From Candidatus Krumholzibacteriia bacterium (lineage in GTDB: Bacteria > Krumholzibacteriota > Krumholzibacteriia > LZORAL124-64-63), in NCBI GenBank assembly GCA_046484865.1, contig JAWOID010000063.1:41784-105783 (forward strand): 64,000 nucleotides of DNA, in the 5' to 3' direction. The position numbers were made by a program, and so were the translations under genes. Shown here piece after piece: positions 30,051-39,469 of this stretch (position 1 is its first letter; every line of letters starts with the position of its first letter). Under the pieces are notes generated by a model. That model was given only the letters and a program-made list of their open reading frames with translations, made no database searches and had not been told where the DNA came from.

Positions 30051-30111
30051 GCGGAGCGCTCGGGCTCTTCGAGGTCGCGCGACGCCTGATACGAGCGGCT
30101 GCTCTGCCGAG

Positions 30112-31695
30112 TCACGCCAGCAACGTTCCGGCAGGATGGGGCTCCGCACCGAACGGCCTCTCCAGTCGTAGCCCCCGCAGGTAGACGCCGGTCACCTGGC
30201 CGCCCGCCGCCAGGTGGGCGTAGGGACTGAAGTCGGTCGCGGTGCGCAGGCCGGCGGCGTCGAGGCGGCCGCCGGCGCCGGGCGCGAACAGCACCAGGTC
30301 GGCGTCGGCGCCGATCCGGATCGAACCCTTGCGGTCCGCCAGCCCGAGGATCCGGGCAGGAGCGGCGGCGAGCACCTCGACCAGGAGGCGCCAGCTCGCA
30401 TCGTCCAGGTCGGCGGGGGCATCGCTCCGAGCTCCATCACGACCGTCGCTTCGGGCGAGCAGGGCGTGGACCAGGGCGAGGCGGGTCTCCACTCCGGGCA
30501 GCCCCCGCGGGAGCCGGGTGAACGGGGTTCCCGGGCGGTCCTTCTGACCGCGCCGGAAGCAGCAGTGATCGGTGGCCACCACGTCGACGGTGCCGTCACG
30601 GAGAGCCTCTCTCAGGGCCCGGCGGTCGTCCTCCGTCCGCAATGGCGGTGCCACGAGGTACTGCGCGCCGTTCGCTCCCTCGTACAGCGATTCCTCCAGC
30701 AGCAGGTACTGCGGGCAGGTCTCCAGCCGGATCAGCGGCGTGTCGCCCAGCGCGCGCGCCTCGCGGATCGCCGCCACCGCGGCGGCGGTGCTGACGTGCA
30801 CGAAGTAGACCGGTGCGCCGGTGTCGCGGGCCGCATCGATCACGTCGCGCACGGCCTTCGCCTCCGCCCCGGCGGGCCGTGACGCCGGGTAGTCGCGTGG
30901 CGAGGTGCGTCCGTCGGCCACCAGGCGCGTCGTCGCCTCGGCCACCAGGGCGCCGTCCTCGGCGTGCACCAGCACCACGAGACCGTGACGGCGGGCGGCG
31001 GTCAGCAGCACGCGCAGGTTACCGGGGGAGACGGCGTAACCGATCTCCTCATAGCAGGTGAAGACCTTCAGGCTACGGCCGCCCACCTGGCGCAGGGCGG
31101 CCAGCTCGTCGTCGATCCGGCCGGCGAAGTCGGCACCGTACTCGGTCACGTTGGCATGGAACGTGAAGTCGCACCGGGCACGGCCGTCGAACTCGACCCG
31201 GCGGGCCTTGAAGTCGCCGGCGAGAGTGCGGCCCGGCCGATGCAGGGTGAAATCAGCGACCGTGGTCACGCCCCCGGCCAGGGCCGCGGCGGTGCCGGTG
31301 TCGGGGTCGTCGGCGGTCGTCTGGTCGCCCATGGGCAGACCGAGATGGACGTGGGGATCCACGAGTCCGGGCAGGACCACGAGGCCGTCGGCGCGAACGT
31401 GCTCGCGGGTGGCCGGCAGGGAACCGGCCACGCCGGCAGGACCGGTTCGCCCGCGAAGCTCGCCGGTGCCGGCGGTCCCTGTCGCGGCGGCGCGTGTGCC
31501 GGGACCCAGGTAGGCGATCCTGCCGTCGCGGACGCCCACTGCCAGGTCGGCCGGACCGTCGGGCGTGACCACCCGGCCGCCGGTGATCAGCAGGTCGAGC
31601 GGTCGGTCGGCGCCACCACCGGACGGAGCGTCGGGCAGGCTGCTGCCGCCGCCGGCGGATCGGTCCGCGCGCTCGTCCTCGCCGTCGGTTCGCAC
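30112..31695 (-). CDS. Dihydropyrimidinase/hydantoinase (HydA/HyuA-like amidohydrolase)
   Basis: LPGLVDPHVH, GGVTT, HAED, HVS, ETCPQYL, APPLR, ATDHC and GADADLV motifs; GTG start with GGAGG RBS (start uncertain). Confidence 0.88.
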   Translation of the reverse strand: MRTDGEDERADRSAGGGSSLPDAPSGGGADRPLDLLITGGRVVTPDGPADLAVGVRDGRIAYLGPGTRAAATGTAGTGELRGRTGPAGVAGSLPATREHVRADGLVVLPGLVDPHVHLGLPMGDQTTADDPDTGTAAALAGGVTTVADFTLHRPGRTLAGDFKARRVEFDGRARCDFTFHANVTEYGADFAGRIDDELAALRQVGGRSLKVFTCYEEIGYAVSPGNLRVLLTAARRHGLVVLVHAEDGALVAEATTRLVADGRTSPRDYPASRPAGAEAKAVRDVIDAARDTGAPVYFVHVSTAAAVAAIREARALGDTPLIRLETCPQYLLLEESLYEGANGAQYLVAPPLRTEDDRRALREALRDGTVDVVATDHCCFRRGQKDRPGTPFTRLPRGLPGVETRLALVHALLARSDGRDGARSDAPADLDDASWRLLVEVLAAAPARILGLADRKGSIRIGADADLVLFAPGAGGRLDAAGLRTATDFSPYAHLAAGGQVTGVYLRGLRLERPFGAEPHPAGTLLA

Positions 31696-31733
31696 GTCCG
31701 CACCTCCGCTGTCAGCTCCGCCGGCGGGAGCTC

Positions 31734-32759
31734 TTACATCAAGGCCGCCATCAGCGCCTTGCAGGTGTGCAGGCGGTTCTCCGCCTCGTCGTACACGACC
31801 GAGTTCGGGCCGTCGATCACCGCGTCGGTGACCTCGGTGCCACGGTCGGCGGGCAGGCAATGCATGTAGAGCGCCGCCGGATCGGCCAGGCCCATCCGCC
31901 GCTCGTCGCAGATCCAGTCCCGGTAGTTCGCTCCCAGCGCCAGCGACTCCTGCGGGCGATCGAACAGATCCAGGCAGCCCCAGCTCTTGGGATAGACCAC
32001 GTGTGCGCCGGCGAAGGCGGCGTCCATGTCGTCGACGATCTCGAAACTGCCGCCGCTCGCCGCCGCGTTCGCGCGGGCGATCGCGAGCTGGTCGTCCATC
32101 AGCCGGAACTCCGGCGGGTGGGCCAGGGACACGTCCATGCCGAACCGGGTCAGCAGCGTGATCAGTCCCTGGGGAACCGACAGCGGCTTGGCGTACGTCT
32201 TCGTGTACGCCCATGATACCGCGATCTTCTTGCCGCGCAGGTCGCGGCCGAGCTTCTCCTGGATCGTCATCAGGTCGGCGAGCGTCTGGCACGGGTGGTC
32301 GACGTCGCACTGCATGTTGATCACCGGTTTGTCGGCCCAGCGCGCCACCTCGCGCAGATAGGCGTTGCCCTCGCCGGGGATCTTGTCGTGCCGGATGGCG
32401 ATGCCGTGCCCGTAGCGGCTGAGGATGATGCCGGTGTCCTTGGCCGACTCGCCGTGCGCCACCTGCGAGGTCTCGGCGCTGATGAAGTGGGCGTGCGCGC
32501 CCAGCTGCGTGGCACCCGCCTCGAACGAGTTCCGCGTGCGGGTGGAGTTGTCGAAGAAGAGCAGGAACACGGTCTTGTGCGACTGCGCCAGCGTCGGCTC
32601 GCCACGCCGGAAGCGGTCCTTCAGCTCGCTCGAGAGCGCCAGCAGCCGCTCGATTTCGGGCACGCTCCAGTCCTGGGTGACGATCCAGTCGCGGCCGCGC
32701 AGTTCGCCGCCGAGGGTGAGGTCGGGCACGATGGGATAGGGACGGTTCTCGGTGCTCAT
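31734..32759 (-). CDS. ygeW: YgeW-like carbamoyltransferase (ATCase/OTCase family)
   Basis: STRTRNSF, HPCQTLAD and MHCLP motifs, plus YgeW-type WAY…KPLSVPQ and YPKSWG. Confidence 0.82.
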   Translation of the reverse strand: MSTENRPYPIVPDLTLGGELRGRDWIVTQDWSVPEIERLLALSSELKDRFRRGEPTLAQSHKTVFLLFFDNSTRTRNSFEAGATQLGAHAHFISAETSQVAHGESAKDTGIILSRYGHGIAIRHDKIPGEGNAYLREVARWADKPVINMQCDVDHPCQTLADLMTIQEKLGRDLRGKKIAVSWAYTKTYAKPLSVPQGLITLLTRFGMDVSLAHPPEFRLMDDQLAIARANAAASGGSFEIVDDMDAAFAGAHVVYPKSWGCLDLFDRPQESLALGANYRDWICDERRMGLADPAALYMHCLPADRGTEVTDAVIDGPNSVVYDEAENRLHTCKALMAALM

Positions 32760-32763
32760 CGGG

Positions 32764-34092
32764 TCAACGCTCCTTGGCGCCGGGCCAGTCGCCGGCACGG
32801 GCGGCGAGCAGGCTGACGAGGGTGGTGTAGAAGGCGATCGCCCGGCCGACGTGGGCGACCGGACACTGGTCGGTCGGGGCATGGGCGTGGATCTCGTTCG
32901 CGGGTCCGAAGCCGATGGTGGGCACGCCATGCAGACCGCAGGTGGCCACGCCGTTGGTGGAGAAGGTCCACTTGCCGGCGGTTCCGGGCTCGCCGAGGGC
33001 ACGCCGGCGGGCGTCCAGGGCCACGGCGAGCAGCGGGTCGTCCTCGGGCAGCGTCCACGCAGGGAAATACTGGCGCATCGGGTAGACGAGTCCCGTGTGG
33101 CTCGGCCGCTGGAACAGCGGCACCTCGACGCGCGACGGCGCGATCCTGGCGGCGGCGCCGTCCGCGGCGGCGGCCCCGGTGCCGGCAACCCCGGGACCGG
33201 CAGCTGTGCCCGCGTCCGTCGTTGCCGCCGGCGGCGGCGCCTCGCGGGCGAGGATCCGCTCGATCTCCGCGATCGCGGTCGCGTCCGTCTCCCCGAAGGT
33301 GAGGCGGCGGTCGAGATGGATCGTGCAGGCGTCGGCCACCGCGCAAAGGGAAGGCGCCTGGGAACGGATCTCGCTCGTGGTGATCGTGCCGCGGCCGAGG
33401 AAGGGGTCGTCGGCCAGTTCGGCGCCCAGGCGCCCGATCGCCTGCAGCACCGGTGCCATGCGATGGATCGCGTTCACGCCGCGTTCGGGCGCCGAGCCGT
33501 GGCAGGAGAGGCCGCCGAGAGTCACCTCGAGCTCCATGCGGCCGCGCTGGCCGCGGTAGACCTGCAGGTCGGTGGGCTCGGTGAGCACCACCAGGTCCGG
33601 CCGCATCAGCCCCTCGTTCAGGATGTAGTGCCAGCAGAGCCCGTCGCAGTCCTCCTCCAGCACCGAACCGACGAACCAGAGGGTGAGATCGCCGTCCCAC
33701 GCCAGCTGCTTCAGCAGCGCGCCGGTGTACACCAGCGCCGCCATGCCCGCCTTCTGGTCGGAGGCGCCGCGGCCGTACACGACGCCGTCCACGATCTCGG
33801 CGCCGAACGGGTCCACCTGCCACAGCGAGCGGTCGCCCACGTCCACGGTGTCCACGTGGGCGTCGAACGCCACCACCCGGCGGCCGTGGCCGATCCGGCC
33901 CCAGACGTTGCCGAAGGGGTCCACCTTCACCTCGTCGAAATAGAGGGCGGTCATGCGGTCGTGGATCAGGGCGACCGCGCGCTCCTCGCGTCCCGACATG
34001 GAGGGGGTGCGGATCAGGTCCCGCAGGAAGTCGGTCGCGTCGTCGGCCATGCGCTCGGCGCCGGCGCGGATCTGCTGGTCGGTCAGGGGCAT
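32764..34092 (-). CDS. ygeY: YgeY family M20 metallohydrolase
   Basis: FDAHVDTV, GRGASDQKAG, EEDCDG, YRGQRGR, SCHGSAPERG and WTFSTNGV motifs. Confidence 0.88.
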   Translation of the reverse strand: MPLTDQQIRAGAERMADDATDFLRDLIRTPSMSGREERAVALIHDRMTALYFDEVKVDPFGNVWGRIGHGRRVVAFDAHVDTVDVGDRSLWQVDPFGAEIVDGVVYGRGASDQKAGMAALVYTGALLKQLAWDGDLTLWFVGSVLEEDCDGLCWHYILNEGLMRPDLVVLTEPTDLQVYRGQRGRMELEVTLGGLSCHGSAPERGVNAIHRMAPVLQAIGRLGAELADDPFLGRGTITTSEIRSQAPSLCAVADACTIHLDRRLTFGETDATAIAEIERILAREAPPPAATTDAGTAAGPGVAGTGAAAADGAAARIAPSRVEVPLFQRPSHTGLVYPMRQYFPAWTLPEDDPLLAVALDARRRALGEPGTAGKWTFSTNGVATCGLHGVPTIGFGPANEIHAHAPTDQCPVAHVGRAIAFYTTLVSLLAARAGDWPGAKER

Positions 34093-35414
34093 CGCTCGCC
34101 TTCCTCGTCGTCGGTGGGTGTCGGGAGCTTGCCGGTGGCCGTCCACCGGAGCAGCTGCTGAAGGGCGTCGGCCGTGGGCACCAGGGTTCGAGGCGGGTTG
34201 GCGGCGGCGCACCGCTCCACCGCGTTCATGTCCTTCAGGCCGTGCCCGGTGTGCAGGAGCACCACCTCGGCGTCCGGGGCGACCACGCCCTCGAGAGCGG
34301 CCCGGCCGAGCCCGGCCAGCGCCGCCGCCGCGGCAGGCTCCACCAGCATGCCGGCACGCGTGGCGAGACGGCTCTGGGCCCGCAGGATGTCCACGTCAGC
34401 GACGGTGACGAAGGCACCTCCGCTCTCGCGCACGGCGCGCAGGGCCTTGCGCTGGTCGCGAGGCCGGCCGACGGCGATCGAATCGGCCAGCGTCAGCGCG
34501 ACGACCTCGTCGCAGACGTCGGCGCCGGCTCGCCAGGCCCGTGCCAAAGCGGCCGAGCCCTCGGCCTGCACGCCGAGCAGTCGTGGTGGCCGCGCGATCA
34601 GGCCGAGCGCCTCGAGGTCGTGGAAACCCTTGTGCACGCCGCCGATGATGCAGCCGTCGCCCACCGGGACGACCACCCAGTCGGGCGCGCGGTAGCCGAG
34701 CTGTTCCCAGATCTCGAGAGCCAGGGTCTTCTTCCCCTCGCCGAGCACGAAGTTGGTGGCGGTGTTGCGATCGTAGCAACCGGCGGCGCGACAGTAGGCG
34801 GCGCACAGATCGAAGGCCTGGTCGTAGGTGCCCGCCACGGCCCAGAGCCGCGCGCCGTGGGCGCGGATCTGCAGCAGCTTCACCGGTGGTGCGCTCGCCG
34901 GGGCGAAGATCGTGCAGCGAAGCCCCGCGCGGGCGGCAAACATCGCCACCGACGACGCCGCGTTGCCGGTGGAGGCGGCCGCGATCTCTTCGCGGCCCAG
35001 CTCCAGCGCGTGGCTGACCGCCACGGAGGAGGCGCGGTCCTTGGTCGAGCCGCTCGCCAGGCGCGTATCGTCCTTGACGAGCAGACGCACGGGCAGGACG
35101 ACCTCCAGCTCCCTGGCGAGCGTGGCCACCAGCCGGTCCTCGAGGCGGATCAAGGGCGTCATTCCCGTCGGCAGGTGCACCACAGCCTCGGGTCGCCGGA
35201 CGGGCAGCAGCTCGTGATAGCGCCAGAGGGTCGGATCGTCGCGGCTCGCGAGCAGGGCCGGCCCGAAGCGGCCACGCAGCGCCTCCAGGTCGTAGCGCAC
35301 GTCCAGGGTGCCGGCCAGGGGACCGCAGTCGGGACAGGTGAACACCGTCCCGTCCAGCGGATAGACGCGGCCGCACTCGATGCACACCACGTCCTGGACG
35401 CTGGAGTACCTCAT
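34083..35414 (-). CDS. Threonine synthase-like PLP enzyme
   Basis: N-terminal CxxC…CPDC; SGSTKDR (PLP Lys); ASTGNAA, EGKKT, PVGDG and TGHGLK motifs. Confidence 0.88.
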   Translation of the reverse strand: MRYSSVQDVVCIECGRVYPLDGTVFTCPDCGPLAGTLDVRYDLEALRGRFGPALLASRDDPTLWRYHELLPVRRPEAVVHLPTGMTPLIRLEDRLVATLARELEVVLPVRLLVKDDTRLASGSTKDRASSVAVSHALELGREEIAAASTGNAASSVAMFAARAGLRCTIFAPASAPPVKLLQIRAHGARLWAVAGTYDQAFDLCAAYCRAAGCYDRNTATNFVLGEGKKTLALEIWEQLGYRAPDWVVVPVGDGCIIGGVHKGFHDLEALGLIARPPRLLGVQAEGSAALARAWRAGADVCDEVVALTLADSIAVGRPRDQRKALRAVRESGGAFVTVADVDILRAQSRLATRAGMLVEPAAAAALAGLGRAALEGVVAPDAEVVLLHTGHGLKDMNAVERCAAANPPRTLVPTADALQQLLRWTATGKLPTPTDDEEGERCP

Positions 35415-35415
35415 C

Positions 35416-36765
35416 TCAGAATCGCTCCCACAGCGCGGCCGCGGCCGCGCGGCACTCCGCGCGCAGCGCCGCTTCGTCCAGCCGCGTCGCACGTCCGTTC
35501 GCGAGCACCTGCTCGCCGCCCACGAACACGTCGGCCGCGCGAGCGTGGGTCAGGCCGAACATCAGGTGCCCGTGCAGGTTCTCGGCGTCGAGCGGCGTCG
35601 CGGGCAGGTAGTCCCAGACCGTCAGGTCGGCGGGATCGCCGACCTGCAGCCGGCCCAGACCGGCAGCGAACGTCTCGCGCGCCAGCTCGGCGTTGGCGTG
35701 GAACAGCAGACGTGGTACCTGGGCCCAGCCCGCGCGAGGGTCGCCCGCGGCGTGGTTCTGCAGCAGGTGGGCGCACAGGGCGTCGCGGCGCGGGTCGGCC
35801 GTGAAGCCGTCGGTGCCCAGGGCCAGGCGTACCCCCGCATCGCCCAAAAGCTGCAGATTCGCGGCGCCCACTGCGTTGTTCATGTTCGATTGCGGGCAAT
35901 GTACGAGCCACGACCCGCTGGCGCCGAGCAACGCCCGCTCCGCGTCGTCCAGGTGGACGCCATGCACGCAGATCGTCCGGGGCCCCAGCACGCCGGCCTG
36001 GGCCAGCCGCTCGATCACGCGCCGGCCGCTGCGACGCAGCGCGTCGGCCTGATCGGCCACCGCCTCGGCCACGTGCACGTGGCAGCCGGTCCCATGGTCC
36101 TCGGCCAGCCGGCGGCAGGCAGCCAGTGTGGCATCGCTCAGGGTGAGCGAGGCGTGCAGGCCCACGAGCGCTCTGAGACGATCGCCCGGCATGGCCGCCG
36201 CCCGGTCGAGGCCGCGCGCGTTCTCGGCGATGCCCGCACTCGCGGCATCCTCGCCGCCGCGATCGGAGACCTCGAAGCACACGCAGGCACGCTGCCCGGC
36301 GGCCAGGAACCCGTCGGCCAGCGCGGCCAGCGAACCGGCGACGTTCGCCTGCGAGGCATGGTGATCGAAGACACAGGTGACACCGGCATGGAGACCGGCC
36401 ACCGCATGCAGGCGGGCCGACAGCTCGATGTCGCGCAACCCGAGAGCCCGGTCGAGGCGCCACCAGAGCCGCTCGAGCGTCTGCACGAAGTCGGCCGGCG
36501 GCGCGTCCTTCAGGGCGATGCCGCAGGCCAGGGTCGAGTAGGCGTGGGTGTGGGCGTTCACGAGTCCGGGCGTGACGAGCCGGCCGGCAGCGTCGATCAC
36601 CCCGGCGCCGTCTGATGCGACCGCGCCGCCTGGCGCGACCGCGCCGCCGTCTCCCGGAGTGGCGCCGATCGCGGCCACCACGCCGTCCTCGACGAGCAGG
36701 TCGACGCCCGCGCGCACCGTCGCTCCGTCGAAGAGGAGCGCGTCACGAACGAGGACGCGGCTCAC
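35416..36765 (-). CDS. ssnA: SsnA-like aminohydrolase
   Basis: PGLVNAHTHAYS, LERLWWRLDRAL, DHHAS, GLHASLT, HVHVAE, PQSNMNNAVG and GTDG motifs. Confidence 0.85.
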   Translation of the reverse strand: MSRVLVRDALLFDGATVRAGVDLLVEDGVVAAIGATPGDGGAVAPGGAVASDGAGVIDAAGRLVTPGLVNAHTHAYSTLACGIALKDAPPADFVQTLERLWWRLDRALGLRDIELSARLHAVAGLHAGVTCVFDHHASQANVAGSLAALADGFLAAGQRACVCFEVSDRGGEDAASAGIAENARGLDRAAAMPGDRLRALVGLHASLTLSDATLAACRRLAEDHGTGCHVHVAEAVADQADALRRSGRRVIERLAQAGVLGPRTICVHGVHLDDAERALLGASGSWLVHCPQSNMNNAVGAANLQLLGDAGVRLALGTDGFTADPRRDALCAHLLQNHAAGDPRAGWAQVPRLLFHANAELARETFAAGLGRLQVGDPADLTVWDYLPATPLDAENLHGHLMFGLTHARAADVFVGGEQVLANGRATRLDEAALRAECRAAAAALWERF

Positions 36766-38072
36766 GGCCGGCCTCCGGTCGCCGGCAGCTCCACCAGCTC
36801 CAGGCAGCCGGCCACGGGCGCCACCGTCAGGCACAGCCCGCAGCCCACGCACAGTTCCGGATCCACCTCGGGCAGGCGGCCGTCCGCCGGCCACCTGACA
36901 GCCTCGTGACCGCCGTCGCGACAGGCCACGTGGCACAGGCCGCAGCCGATGCACCGCTCGGCGACGACCCGGCTGCGGACCTCGCGACGCGGCAACGCGT
37001 CGTGATCGACGAGGTGGGGCAGGCTCCGGCCGACCAGCGCGGCCGGCGAGGCCAACTCCTTGCGCGTCAGGTACCGGGAGAGCCCGCTGGTCAGATCGTC
37101 GATGATGCGGAAGCCGTGGTGCATGGGTGCGGTGCAGTACTGCACCACGCCGGCGCCGACGAGCATGAACTCCACCGCGTCGCGCCAGTCGCCGGCGCCG
37201 CCGGTGCCCAGGATGGGGAGCGAGACGTGCCGCGCGATCTCGGCGATGGTGCGCAGCGTGATCGGCTTGATCGCCGGGCCAGTGAGCCCGGAGTAGGTGG
37301 AAAGGCCGCGCAGCGCCGGCCGGGGGACGAAGGTCTCGATGTCCACGCCCATCAGCGCCGGCACGGAGTTGCTGGCGGTGATCGCGTCGACGCCGGCCCG
37401 CTCCAGGGCGCGGGCCACGGCCACGATGTCGGTGACCTGGGGGGTGATCTTGATCGCGACGGGCACGCTGCCCGCCGCCTCCTTCACCCAGCGGGCCACC
37501 CGCTCGGTCGCGTCGGGCGACTGGGCGAGCATCTTGCCCGCGTCCTCGCCCATGCTGCCCTGCGGGCACGAGAAGGAGCACTCGATCATGTCGGCGCCGG
37601 CGGCGGCCAGCCGGCTCGCCACGTCCTGCCAGTCGTCGCGGCTGGCGCCCATCATGGAGGCGATGACCACCCGGTCGGGAAAGCGACGCTTCAGACGGCG
37701 GACCCGCCGGACCACCTCGCCGGCGTGGTGGCGGCTGATCAGGTCGATGTTGCCCATGCCCACCAGCCGCTGGTCGCCGTGGTCGAGCGAGGACATCATC
37801 GGGTAGGCCAGGTCCACCCGCGTCCCCTCGCGCGAGGTGGTCTTGAGCACGGCGCCCGCCCAGCCCATCTCGAAGGCGCGCTCCACCATGGCCAGCTCGT
37901 CGGTGCACGGGGAAGCGGCCAGCAAGAAGGGATTCACGAACCGCAGGCCGCAGAAGTCGGTCGCCAGCCCCGGGTATTCGTAGAGGTCGGCCTGCTCGAA
38001 CCGACGCTCCGGGTCGGGAGCGCCGGCGATGCGGCGGCGGGCCGCGGCGCCGGGATCGGGGCGGCTGCTCAT
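36762..38072 (-). CDS. preA: NAD-dependent dihydropyrimidine dehydrogenase subunit PreA-like
   Basis: NPFLLAASP, GWAGAVLKT, NIDLIS, SFSCPQG and KITP motifs; C-terminal 2x[4Fe-4S] CIGCGLC/CVGCGLC. Confidence 0.88.
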   Translation of the reverse strand: MSSRPDPGAAARRRIAGAPDPERRFEQADLYEYPGLATDFCGLRFVNPFLLAASPCTDELAMVERAFEMGWAGAVLKTTSREGTRVDLAYPMMSSLDHGDQRLVGMGNIDLISRHHAGEVVRRVRRLKRRFPDRVVIASMMGASRDDWQDVASRLAAAGADMIECSFSCPQGSMGEDAGKMLAQSPDATERVARWVKEAAGSVPVAIKITPQVTDIVAVARALERAGVDAITASNSVPALMGVDIETFVPRPALRGLSTYSGLTGPAIKPITLRTIAEIARHVSLPILGTGGAGDWRDAVEFMLVGAGVVQYCTAPMHHGFRIIDDLTSGLSRYLTRKELASPAALVGRSLPHLVDHDALPRREVRSRVVAERCIGCGLCHVACRDGGHEAVRWPADGRLPEVDPELCVGCGLCLTVAPVAGCLELVELPATGGRP

Positions 38073-39469
38073 CGCGACCTCCGCAGGCGGGCGGCGATGG
38101 CGCGCGCGGCCGCCTTGCCGTCGCGGACCGCCGCCACGATGGTCTGATCCGAGCCGACGGCGTCGCCGCCCGCGTACACGTTGTCCCGCACCAGGCCCGT
38201 GGCCGGTTGCACCCTGATCCACCGCGCGCGCGAGCGCGGCAGCTGATCGGCCAGAGCGGGCGGCTCGAGTCCCGTGGCCAGGAGCACGCGATCGCAGGCC
38301 AGGGCGAGCTCGTCGCCCGGCACCGCGACCGGTCTGGGACGACCGCTGCGGTCGGGCGCGCCGGGTCGGGTCCGCTGCAGGCGGATGCCGGCGACCCTGC
38401 CCCGGTCGCCCTCGATCGCGATCGGCGCCACCTGCAGGTGCAGCTGCACGCCCACGCGTTCGGCCTCGCGGATCTCGCGGTCCCAGGCGGGCATCGCGGC
38501 GCGCTCGCGTCGGTACACCAGGTGCACCGCGGTGCCCGCCGCGTCCGACCCGTTCAGCCCGCAACGGACGGCGGCCATGGCGGCGTCCACCGCCACGTTG
38601 CCGCCGCCGATGACCACCACCGACCGGCCCACCGGGTTGCGGTAGTTCCGTCGCCGGCACCGCTCCAGGAACTCCAGCGCGGACGATACCCCGCGCAGCT
38701 CGGCGCCCGGCAGGGCCGGTTGTCGGGCCACCGCTCCGGGCGCCACGTAGAGCGCATCGTATCGCGCGGCGAGCGCGGCGAGGTCGCGCACCGGACGGCC
38801 GTCGAGGATCCGCAGCGACGCCGGTCCGCGCGCGACGCGGCGGCGGGTCGACCCGGCGCCGCCGGCGCGCTCCTCTGGCGCGATCCAGCGCACATCGCCG
38901 GCGAGCGCCCGGTCGGCGAACCGGTAGGCCGGGATGGCGTGGGCGAGCACGCCGCCGGCGCGCGCGCGGGCCTCGTGGATGTCGACATCGATCCCCAGGC
39001 GCCACAGCTCGCCGGCGCAGGCGAGCCCCGCGGGCCCGGCCCCCACCACGGCCACCCGGCAACCGAGCCGCTCGGCCGATCGCACCGGACGCGCACCGAG
39101 CGTCTCGCCCGCCTCGGTGGCGTGGCGATGCAGCCGCCGGATCGCGATCGGTCGGTCGATCCGTGCGCGGGTGCACGCGGCTGCGCAGTACTGCTCGTCG
39201 GGGCAGGCCAGGCCGCAGCTGCCGGCCAGCGGGTTGGCGCTGCGCACCACCTCGGCCGCGCTCCCGAGGTTCCCGCTGCGGATCATGCGGATGAAGCGGG
39301 GGATGGCGATGCCTGCCGGGCAGTGCCGCTGGCAGGGCGGATCGAAGCACTGCAGGCAGCGCGTCGCCTCGGCCAGCGCCTCGTCGGGCGAGAGCGCTGG
39401 CTCGGGGGCGAAAGCCGCGGCCTGGGCGGCGGTCCAGCCGGCGGACGGGTGGTCACGTCGCGGTGCCAC
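38069..39469 (-). CDS. preT: Dihydropyrimidine dehydrogenase subunit PreT / GltD-like flavoprotein
   Basis: EATRCLQCFDPPC..CP, CGLACP…C, VGAGPAG, IGGGNVAVD and YAGGD motifs. Confidence 0.85.
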   Translation of the reverse strand: MAPRRDHPSAGWTAAQAAAFAPEPALSPDEALAEATRCLQCFDPPCQRHCPAGIAIPRFIRMIRSGNLGSAAEVVRSANPLAGSCGLACPDEQYCAAACTRARIDRPIAIRRLHRHATEAGETLGARPVRSAERLGCRVAVVGAGPAGLACAGELWRLGIDVDIHEARARAGGVLAHAIPAYRFADRALAGDVRWIAPEERAGGAGSTRRRVARGPASLRILDGRPVRDLAALAARYDALYVAPGAVARQPALPGAELRGVSSALEFLERCRRRNYRNPVGRSVVVIGGGNVAVDAAMAAVRCGLNGSDAAGTAVHLVYRRERAAMPAWDREIREAERVGVQLHLQVAPIAIEGDRGRVAGIRLQRTRPGAPDRSGRPRPVAVPGDELALACDRVLLATGLEPPALADQLPRSRARWIRVQPATGLVRDNVYAGGDAVGSDQTIVAAVRDGKAAARAIAARLRRSR

